This document shows, one piece after another, positions 49,165 to 56,662 of a stretch of DNA of 64,000 nt; the first letter of the stretch is position 1; each line of letters starts with the position of its first letter. Where the stretch lies: positions 11,452 through 75,451 of the forward strand of contig CAYHDI010000002.1 in NCBI GenBank assembly GCA_964355645.1, given 5' to 3'. The position numbers were made by a program, and so were the translations under genes. This DNA comes from an uncultured Candidatus Saccharibacteria bacterium (lineage in GTDB: Bacteria > Patescibacteriota > Minisyncoccia > Phycocordibacterales > Zambryskibacteraceae). The notes beneath the pieces were generated by a model. The model did no database searches. It was not told the origin of the DNA and saw only the letters and a program-made list of their open reading frames with translations.

Positions 49165-50016
49165 ATGAAAATTGTCTCAAGCGGAAAGGGGATACATTCC
49201 CTTGAATTTCACCAGAAGAAAAGGAGGGAAAGGAATATTCGCATTGCAGTGGTCGTTCTTTTCGTTATTGTTTTCATAGCTATCCCGACTTATCTTTTGA
49301 AGACCAAACGTTTTCTCATTTCCTCTGTGGAAGTTAAGGGCAATAGCGTGACCAGAACCGAAGAGATTGAACAAATTGTTTCAGGCAAAATCAGTGGGAA
49401 CTATCTTTGGCTTTTCCCCAAGTCGAATGATGTGCTTTATCCGAAAAGCACGATTAAAAATGTTCTTCTTCAAGATATTCCGCGTTTGAGTTCAGTGACT
49501 ATCTCTCTTTCGAATCCAAATTTGCTTTCTATTTCTGTAGTTGAACGACAACCCTTTGCTTTGTATTGCATAGATATTTCTCCACCAACTAGTGATTCAA
49601 ACAATTCGAACGGATGTTTTTTCCTTGATAAGACTGGATACGTTTTCTCCGAGGCACCCTCGTTCTCCGGCGGAGTGTACTTCGTCTATACGAGCGAACC
49701 CGTGTTTGATGCTCCACTCCGCCAATCTTTTTTAAATCCGGTCAGGTTTGGAGAACTCGCACCGTTTGTTTCAAGCCTAGGTAACATAGGGCTTTATCCA
49801 AAAATTTTTGTAGACAAAGGAAATGAATACAACCTTGAGCTTTCGAATGGTGGTAAGATTGTGATTCGGTCTGATTCTGATTTAGAGCGAATCGTTGGTG
49901 ATTTGGAAGCTTTTCTTAATAGTCCTAAAATTGAAGCCGAAAGAGATTTCATAAAAAGAATTGTTTCATTGGACTTGCGTTTCGGGAATCAAATTAGATG
50001 GACGTTGAAAGATTAA
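49165..50016 (+). CDS. ftsQ: FtsQ/DivIB-like protein
   Basis: TM, POTRA-like VEVKGN, C-terminal LDLRFG. Confidence 0.75.
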   Translation: MKIVSSGKGIHSLEFHQKKRRERNIRIAVVVLFVIVFIAIPTYLLKTKRFLISSVEVKGNSVTRTEEIEQIVSGKISGNYLWLFPKSNDVLYPKSTIKNVLLQDIPRLSSVTISLSNPNLLSISVVERQPFALYCIDISPPTSDSNNSNGCFFLDKTGYVFSEAPSFSGGVYFVYTSEPVFDAPLRQSFLNPVRFGELAPFVSSLGNIGLYPKIFVDKGNEYNLELSNGGKIVIRSDSDLERIVGDLEAFLNSPKIEAERDFIKRIVSLDLRFGNQIRWTLKD

Positions 50017-50037
50017 CTCCATACAAAATTTAAAACA

Positions 50038-51087
50038 ATGAATTTTTGGAAAAAGCTCAAGAAACCATTTTTCTGCCTTGCACCTATGTCGGACGTGACC
50101 GACGTGGCTTTTCGATTTATGTTGGCCAAATACAGCAAGAACAGAGAAAACAAAGACCAAGTTGTTTTTTGGACAGAGTTTGTGTCTGCTGATGGCCTGT
50201 CGAACAAGCTGGCCAAAAAGAAATTAGCTCATATGTTGAAATTTTCTGAACGCGAGAGACCGATTGTGGCTCAAGTTTTCGGCGCTAACCCAGAGAATAT
50301 GAAGAAAGCTTGCCAATATATCGCGAGCCTTGGCTTTGATGGAATAGACATAAACATGGGTTGCCCGGACAAATCGGTCGTTAGTCAAGGGGCCGGAGCG
50401 GGATTAATTAAAACTCCCGAGCTCGCGAGGAAAATTATACAGTCGGCTCATGCAGGGATAGAATCTGCCGGTTTGCATATTCCTGTGTCGGTCAAAACAC
50501 GAATTGGTTTCAACAAAGAAGAAATAGATCAGTGGATTGGGGAATTATTAAAGGAGGATATTTCGGCTCTGACGATTCACTTACGAACGGCCAAAGAATT
50601 ATCTCTCGTTCCGGCGAATTGGGATTATATGAAAAAAATCAAGGAACTAATTACTAAAAGTGGCAAGGAGGTCTTGCTCATCGGCAACGGAGATATTAAG
50701 GATATGAAGGATGCGAAAAGCAAAGCCCAAGAATACAGTTGCGATGGAGTGATGATAGGTCGTGGAGTTTTTGGTAAGCCGTGGTTCTTCGCGGATCTTC
50801 ATTCACCTCACCCCATCTGCTCGCCCAGCAGTCGCCCCTCTCCTTGTCAAGGAGAGGGGAAGGGGGTGAGGTGTATTGAGGAGCAACTCAATATTCTTGT
50901 TGAACATACACAACTTTTTGAGAAGGAACTTTCCATATCAAAACACAAGAGTTTCGCCGTGATGAAAAAGCATTTCAAGGCTTATGTGAACGGATTCAAC
51001 GGGGCAGGGAAACTGCGCACAAAGCTTATGGAGACAAACAACTCACAGGAGGTGGAGAAAATAGTGAAGGATTTCCTAATCAAATAA
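50038..51087 (+). CDS. dusB: tRNA dihydrouridine synthase
   Basis: LAPMSDVTD, DINMGCP, VSVKTRIG, IGNGDI, VMIGRG. Confidence 0.92.
   Translation: MNFWKKLKKPFFCLAPMSDVTDVAFRFMLAKYSKNRENKDQVVFWTEFVSADGLSNKLAKKKLAHMLKFSERERPIVAQVFGANPENMKKACQYIASLGFDGIDINMGCPDKSVVSQGAGAGLIKTPELARKIIQSAHAGIESAGLHIPVSVKTRIGFNKEEIDQWIGELLKEDISALTIHLRTAKELSLVPANWDYMKKIKELITKSGKEVLLIGNGDIKDMKDAKSKAQEYSCDGVMIGRGVFGKPWFFADLHSPHPICSPSSRPSPCQGEGKGVRCIEEQLNILVEHTQLFEKELSISKHKSFAVMKKHFKAYVNGFNGAGKLRTKLMETNNSQEVEKIVKDFLIK
50801..50876. repeat. Complete gene-less DUF559-type element inside the dus gene
   Basis: attcacctcacccc-hairpin-cccctctcctt.gtc.aaggagagggg-aag-ggggtgaggtgtat; translated HSPHPICSPSSRPSPCQGEGKGVRC. Confidence 0.85.
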
Positions 51088-51182
51088 GGCCGTTAAAATT
51101 GGTTGACATTCATTGTCTTTTATGCTAGGAATAGGACAGACTAACCGCAGTTCCTCGTCTCGGCCCGGGAGGGCCTTCCATC

Positions 51183-52043
51183 ATGCGTTTGAACAAGTTG
51201 TTCCTCGTGTTGTCCGTTTTGACTGCATCAGCCTGTGGCGACAAGATTTATGTCACCGCTACCGCCACTGCCGTGGCGGGCGTGGATACCACGCATCACG
51301 CACCACCGATTGACACGACGAAGAAGGACACGACCACGTCCCCGTCTACCACAACCGTTGCGGTGACTCCGAAGACGCTCGATTTGTTCATCGGGCAGTT
51401 TGGACAACTCACGGCGACTGTCACGGTCTCAAGTGGGACGGCCCCGACGCCGACATGGTCAAAGACAAATTCCTGCATCAGCCTGTCTACGGCCATTGGC
51501 ACCATTACTTCGGTGTCAGCAAATGCTGTGTGCAACACATACGTTGTCGCTTCGGCGAACGGCATTCGTGACTCAGCTCTCGTCAACGTGACGAGCGGAG
51601 CATCGAGTTGCACATGGGCGAACATAGGCGGTTCAGCCGTATACAACGCCTACATTGTGGGTGTGCCCTTCAATGCCTTTGGTGGTTGCGTCTTCCATGG
51701 CGTGGCCCAGCAACCGTATTGGTATTCGAAGGATCCTTCACGGTTCACGGTGTTGGGTGCTCCGTTCGTCTGCATGATTTCGGGCGTCGGATACCCCTGT
51801 GGAACATCGGCGACAATCAAGCCGATTTTCGTGGGGACGGCTGATGTCTGTGTACAGGCAGCTGTCCAAGATCCGAACATGATCTTCTGTCGGACTCTGA
51901 CCTCTGTCGCAGGACTTTCTGCAAGTATGGTCCAAGGCGACATTGCTGAAGGTTACAGTATGGTTTTGCCGACCGCACCTCCGAAGGGAGCCAAGGTCGA
52001 CCGAATCATCCCCTGGGCAGAATGGGTGGCTACACATCGTTAG
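51183..52043 (+). CDS. Cys-rich lipoprotein with Ig-like (Big_2) domain (GC-rich cassette)
   Basis: Lipobox TASAC; VAVTP..L..GQLTATV...WS; own promoter at 51103 and terminator 52067-52096. Confidence 0.75.
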   Translation: MRLNKLFLVLSVLTASACGDKIYVTATATAVAGVDTTHHAPPIDTTKKDTTTSPSTTTVAVTPKTLDLFIGQFGQLTATVTVSSGTAPTPTWSKTNSCISLSTAIGTITSVSANAVCNTYVVASANGIRDSALVNVTSGASSCTWANIGGSAVYNAYIVGVPFNAFGGCVFHGVAQQPYWYSKDPSRFTVLGAPFVCMISGVGYPCGTSATIKPIFVGTADVCVQAAVQDPNMIFCRTLTSVAGLSASMVQGDIAEGYSMVLPTAPPKGAKVDRIIPWAEWVATHR

Positions 52044-52137
52044 TTTCTCCAAATCCTCTTCGGAGGTCCCTCGTCTACCAAGGCGAGGGCTTTTTCTTTA
52101 TTTTAGTAATGTTGAATTGGTTTGCTATAATACCCAC

Positions 52138-53157
52138 ATGTCTCTCTACAGAAAATATCGCCCGAAGAATTTTAATGAAGTTATCGGCGAGGACCATATC
52201 ATCAAAGTTCTTTTGGGGGCGATTAAACTTGGAAATATTTCTCATGCTTATCTTTTCTCTGGCTCGAGAGGTACGGGCAAGACGAGTGTGGCAAGAATCT
52301 TCGCAGAAGAAATAGGCACGAGTGCAGATGATTTGTATGAAATGGATGCGGCTTCGACGAACAGCGTGGATGATATTCGAGCCATAAACGAAGCCGTTCA
52401 TACTCTGCCTTTCAAATCAAAATACAAAGTTTATATTGTTGATGAAGCGCATATGCTTTCTAAATCAGCTTGGAATGCTTTTTTGAAAACTCTCGAGGAA
52501 CCGCCGGCTCACGTGGTTTTCATCCTGGCTACCACCGAACTTGAGAAGGTCCCGGAGACAGTTGTCTCAAGGTGCCAGACTTTCGTTTTCAAACAACCGA
52601 ATCAATCAATCTTGAAGGAATTCGCTCAAAATATTGCGAAGAAGGAAGGAGCCACTCTTGAACCCGATGCGGCCGAACTTGTCGCACTTCTCGGAGATGG
52701 TTCATTTAGAGATGCACACGGAATCTTGGAAAAAATAATTTCTTCAAGCAAAAATAAAAAAATAAATCGTGCTGATGTAGAGGCAGTGACTGGGGCACCG
52801 AAAGCTGAATTGGTAAAAAATATTTTGGAATCAATTGTGAAGAAAGATTTAAAGAAGGGGATTGAGGCAATTCACAAGGCGTCGGAAGCAAACGCCGATA
52901 TGAAAATCTTTTCTAAAATGATTCTTGAGCGTTTGCGATTCGTCTTTCTTCTACGTTTGAAAGCCGGGATGGACAAATATATTGAAGAAAATGTTTCTGA
53001 GGATGATTTCAAATTTCTCAAAGAACTTGCCTCGACCGCTGGTCCAGATCTTACGTCCGAAACACTTGTTCGATTTATCACTGCGACCGAAGATGCCGGT
53101 CGAACAAGTCTCCCGGACCTTGCTCTCGAACTCGCGCTGGCTGATACAGTGAAATAA
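52138..53157 (+). CDS. dnaX: DNA polymerase III gamma/tau
   Basis: LYRKYRP, HAYLFSGSRGTGKT, DEAHML, LKTLEEPP, SRCQ. Confidence 0.96.
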   Translation: MSLYRKYRPKNFNEVIGEDHIIKVLLGAIKLGNISHAYLFSGSRGTGKTSVARIFAEEIGTSADDLYEMDAASTNSVDDIRAINEAVHTLPFKSKYKVYIVDEAHMLSKSAWNAFLKTLEEPPAHVVFILATTELEKVPETVVSRCQTFVFKQPNQSILKEFAQNIAKKEGATLEPDAAELVALLGDGSFRDAHGILEKIISSSKNKKINRADVEAVTGAPKAELVKNILESIVKKDLKKGIEAIHKASEANADMKIFSKMILERLRFVFLLRLKAGMDKYIEENVSEDDFKFLKELASTAGPDLTSETLVRFITATEDAGRTSLPDLALELALADTVK

Positions 53158-53220
53158 TGGTTACTGTTTTTCGTTATCCACCTACGTTTGATATATTACC
53201 TTGATTGTGTATAATGGAGA

Positions 53221-53307
53221 TGTGCCTGTGGGCGTAAGCCCCGTTCAGCTAATAAACTAAGCTGAAGGCAGGCATTCGAAAACTCCCCGTTAATTCGGGG
53301 ATTTTTC
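53221..53307 (+). ncRNA. Candidate small RNA (three-way junction plus terminator) convergent on the ORFan nuclease
   Basis: TTGATA(53188)...TATAAT(53210); tgcctg/caggca enclosing gggc-GTAA-gccc and ttcagct/agctgaa; terminator tccccg/cgggga + T tract. Confidence 0.7.
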
Positions 53308-53308
53308 G

Positions 53309-53785
53309 TTACTCATTAGAAATATTTTTGCTTGCTAAGTACAAATATGAGTCGCCGTCTTTTAATTTGATTGTTGGCATTACACTCCAAAATACAATAT
53401 TTCCATTACCAACTCTTCGAAGAATAATTTTAATACGAATTGGTCGTTCTCCTTTTGTAATGGCGATTATTCCCCAATATTCAATTTCCCGCATTTCTCT
53501 GGATCCATCGGAAAACCTTTTTTGACCAATTGGTTCTCGTGTATGCCTATATTCTTGTACGGTACCAGCATTTCTCAGAATTTGAGGGACCGCATTAAGA
53601 AGACTAAATTTTAACATTTGCTCTTGTTTTGAGCGTTCTCTTTCTGCAGAGAATTGAAGATGGTGAAAACCGTCTGAATTAAAAATTATATCGGTAGCAA
53701 AAAAGGGGCACCTAACCCTTTCAATAGTTTTATAGAAAGCCTCTGCCTTATCCTTTTCTTTTTTATGTCGAGATAGAATTCCCAC
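53309..53785 (-). CDS. Hypothetical protein, possibly BECR/RelE-fold ribonuclease
   Basis: IIFNSDGFHHL, long helix, then beta-meander ending IKIILRR..GNIVFWSVMP; fold is an inference. Confidence 0.6.
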   Translation of the reverse strand: MGILSRHKKEKDKAEAFYKTIERVRCPFFATDIIFNSDGFHHLQFSAERERSKQEQMLKFSLLNAVPQILRNAGTVQEYRHTREPIGQKRFSDGSREMREIEYWGIIAITKGERPIRIKIILRRVGNGNIVFWSVMPTIKLKDGDSYLYLASKNISNE

Positions 53786-53832
53786 AAGAAAATTCTACCA
53801 CAAAAAATGATTACGAAACAAAAAACAGTTTT

Positions 53833-54225
53833 CTAGAAAAGCCACACTGCGACGAACATTACGAGGAAGTTTATAAAGGAAACCACGCACCATGTACAGA
53901 AAGCTTTCAAGACGAAGCCTTGAACATACATAAAATACAGAGAAAAGAGAAAGCCAAAAGTCACGATGGCTTGAATCGGCCAAAATATAACCGAACCACC
54001 AACGTACATCCAAGTGAGAACGAGGATAATCGCATACATGGCGAATCCCGCATACGAATTAGGAATGCCGAAAGTTTTGCTCTGCGGGCTGTGTTGAACC
54101 TTCTCGCACCATTCTTTCGGAAAGAAAATACAGGCCACGTCTGTACCTCGAACTTTGTGATAAATCAAATAAAACGTATCAATCAAGCCAATAATTCCAA
54201 AAATATACAAAATATTTATTGTCAT
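53833..54225 (-). CDS. Vitamin K epoxide reductase (VKOR) family protein
   Basis: C..C loop pair, SKTFGIPNS, AFCTWC. Confidence 0.88.
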   Translation of the reverse strand: MTINILYIFGIIGLIDTFYLIYHKVRGTDVACIFFPKEWCEKVQHSPQSKTFGIPNSYAGFAMYAIILVLTWMYVGGSVIFWPIQAIVTFGFLFSLYFMYVQGFVLKAFCTWCVVSFINFLVMFVAVWLF

Positions 54226-54247
54226 ATATCAATTGTAGCACTAAATT

Positions 54248-54780
54248 CTATTCAATATTCGAGCCCATCTCCTTCTGCCATTTTTTCAGAAGCGCATCAT
54301 GGTCGATATAATAATTATCATTAAAATTTGGATTATTTTTTATTATATCAATTTCTTCATACGAAGAGTGCAGTTGCGAAAGTTCAACTAGTGACGGGTC
54401 TACTATCTCTTGTGGTTTAAGCCAATAAGTTTTATCTGCCTCTGGCCTAAGCAAATTTTCGTTTCCAGTGTCTAAAGTTGAAACATTAACGACCAGCGTC
54501 TGTATCTCACCATTGCGTGATAGATCCTTCCTTGAGAGATTTGTTTTTAGTATGCGGAATTAAAAATTTAAGAGTGTTCTTTAGTAGAAAAATTTATTTG
54601 ATTAAAAATATTTTCAACCTCATCTTCTTTTAACAAATCGCAGATATATACCGGGATATTTAATTCAGTATTTTTCCTACTCAATCCAATTACTTTTTGA
54701 TTGTTTTCCTGTAATGATTTAATAAAGCACCCACCTAATTTGGCAGATGCTCCTGTCACAATATACAACTCTTTATTCAT
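54248..54780 (-). pseudogene. Internally deleted short-chain dehydrogenase remnant
   Basis: YIVTGASAKLG...CDL N-terminus, stop, then C-terminal-like LRPEAD..WLKPQEIV; no YxxxK region. Confidence 0.6.
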
Positions 54781-54805
54781 AATTTAATTATACCAATTTT
54801 ACGAG

Positions 54806-54876
54806 CTGGGGGAGAAGGAATCGGACCTTCATTAGAAGCTTCAAAGGCTCCTGTCCTACCATTAGACGATCCCCCA
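54806..54876 (-). tRNA. tRNA-Gln(TTG)
   Basis: ggagc-CTTTGAA-gcttc; T-loop TCCGATT. Confidence 0.9.
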
Positions 54877-54982
54877 AAATCTATAAACAATTACTTAATA
54901 GTCTTTAACTTAACAAAAAAAATCAATTTTCGCCATATCAAATTTATTTGACGGGATTCTTTTGAAATGCTAGTTTGCTTTC

Positions 54983-55115
54983 AGACGTTTCCTGTTGCAT
55001 TCACCCTCTTGTGAGGAGCGTGCCGTGCATGTCAGAGATTTGCCAGCTTCGGTTTCTCGGACCCTCTCAAGCCCCTGCCCGCCCTCCTGTTAGTCAGGAG
55101 CAGGCGGGTTTTTCT
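54983..55115 (+). ncRNA. Orphan ~130-nt transcript (sRNA or emptied cassette)
   Basis: TTGACG(54948), 17 nt, TAGTTT with TG extension; GC-rich; terminator cccgcc-ctcctg/caggag-ca-ggcggg + T tract. Confidence 0.45.
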
Positions 55116-55532
55116 TTATTTGTCTGGGTGATGTTCTTCGAAATCTTTTTTTAAGGCTTCTATTTCATTTCCAATTTTGTTTACAGCGTTTTGCATATTC
55201 TTGATTTGAGACTCCTCCACATCCAATTCCTCTTTTGTTTTTTCTGTTGTTTTCTTTTCTCCACGCAAGCCAGTCATAATAAGTCTGCTTCCAACAAAAG
55301 CAGAGACGAAAACCCCAGTCAGAAGAAGAATAATGCTCCCGACCAAGGTTGATACCCAGCTGTTGCTGAGATAGGGAATACTGTCTGCTGAATGCCATAT
55401 TCCACGCCAGAACAATACAATCCCAATCCCTCCTATAAGTGCGTATATAGTAGGATAGCGAGACAAATGGCCACGAACCTTGTCCTCAAGTTTGTCGAAA
55501 AATACAAATATCTTTCTATACATATTCATCAT
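55116..55532 (-). CDS. Conserved two-TM plus coiled-coil protein
   Basis: FFDKLEDKVRGHLSRYP..YALIGG.GIVLFWRGIW. Confidence 0.75.
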   Translation of the reverse strand: MMNMYRKIFVFFDKLEDKVRGHLSRYPTIYALIGGIGIVLFWRGIWHSADSIPYLSNSWVSTLVGSIILLLTGVFVSAFVGSRLIMTGLRGEKKTTEKTKEELDVEESQIKNMQNAVNKIGNEIEALKKDFEEHHPDK

Positions 55533-55568
55533 TATACTAAAGAGTCGAATAAAAGATATAATAGAGTC

Positions 55569-55949
55569 ATGATTAAATATGGCTCCTATTTGGTTTGCAA
55601 GGAACATGTTCAGGAAGTCAGAGATTTTCTATGCGATTTTTTTGAAGAAAAGATAGATAAGTACAATCATGATAATTGGGTGACTTTTTTGATACTCGAT
55701 ACAAATTTTCAAGTGAATTTAATGAAAGGAAACGATCAACCGATGACTCAAAACATGACTTTTGAAATATACTGTGATTCAAAGGAGGAGTTAGAAAAAT
55801 ACGCCGAGAAATACAAATGTGAAATTGAAAGTTTTGTGGCCACAGAAACTTCACAACCATATACCTATTATTATATTGAGATTTTGGGACCATATAATAT
55901 TTGTAAAATCGAAATCAATTATTGTGAGGATTTAAAAGGTAGTTCTTGA
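55569..55949 (+). CDS. VOC/glyoxalase-like protein
   Basis: beta-alpha-beta pattern, MTFEIYCDSKEELE...IEILGPYNICKIEI; start ATG 55569. Confidence 0.55.
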   Translation: MIKYGSYLVCKEHVQEVRDFLCDFFEEKIDKYNHDNWVTFLILDTNFQVNLMKGNDQPMTQNMTFEIYCDSKEELEKYAEKYKCEIESFVATETSQPYTYYYIEILGPYNICKIEINYCEDLKGSS

Positions 55950-56018
55950 TTTAGAAAGGTATTATAAATAGCTTTGTATTGTATTGACTTTTAAATCCTG
56001 TTTGTCTATACTTAAAGC

Positions 56019-56076
56019 ATCACCAATGGAAAAGATAACCCTATGAGGTTCCGTCCTCATGGGGCCTTTTCTTTTT
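56019..56076 (+). ncRNA. Candidate NYN-associated small RNA
   Basis: TTGACT(55984), 17 nt, TATACT(56007); gaaaag-ataa-ccctatgagg-ttccgt-cctcatgggg-c-cttttc + T tract. Confidence 0.6.
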
Positions 56077-56581
56077 ATTTTTTCTTGTATTCGAGTCGGC
56101 CCTTTAGATCGTTCATACATCGAAGATAAGGCTTAACCTCATCACGTTTGAGGAGAGCAGAAAATTTAAGTTCATCTGGGATTATTACAGCTTCCAATTT
56201 TTCCTTATCAATGAGGTGTTTTACCAAGCAATAGAAATCTCCATCACCAGTCACGATAACCGCCTTCTCATAATTTGGATATTCAATCATCGCTTGTAAT
56301 ACAAGCTCAGCATCACAGTTTCCTTTGGTTGTACCGTCTTTGTATTTAAGGGTAGGTTTGAAGATGCAAATAAATCCAGCGTCTTGAAGAGCAGTGTATA
56401 AATCATTATTTCCTTCGATAAATCCAATGAACAGAAAAGCTTTAGCTATTCCATATTTTTCTTTCAAATATATTCGAAATTTACGAAAATCAAGATTCCA
56501 ACCAAGCGAACGGATACTCAAATTAAGGTTCTGACTGTCAATGAAGGCGCAATTTGTTTGAGGTTTCAGCATGAAAATCAT
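56075..56581 (-). CDS. NYN (LabA/DUF88, PIN-like) nuclease
   Basis: AFIDSQNL, KGNCDAEL, VTGDGDF. Confidence 0.9.
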   Translation of the reverse strand: MIFMLKPQTNCAFIDSQNLNLSIRSLGWNLDFRKFRIYLKEKYGIAKAFLFIGFIEGNNDLYTALQDAGFICIFKPTLKYKDGTTKGNCDAELVLQAMIEYPNYEKAVIVTGDGDFYCLVKHLIDKEKLEAVIIPDELKFSALLKRDEVKPYLRCMNDLKGRLEYKKK

Positions 56582-56662
56582 TATACACTTTCTCAGCTTT
56601 TTATCGTAGTAAATAACATACTGTTTGCTATTATTCAGTCGAATAAAAGATATAATAGAGCC

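Noticed and set aside
51943-56662. N-terminal extensions of dnaX, VOC and exonuclease in the ORF track
   Set aside because: They cross terminators or neighbouring genes; true starts lie 6 nt after TATAAT.
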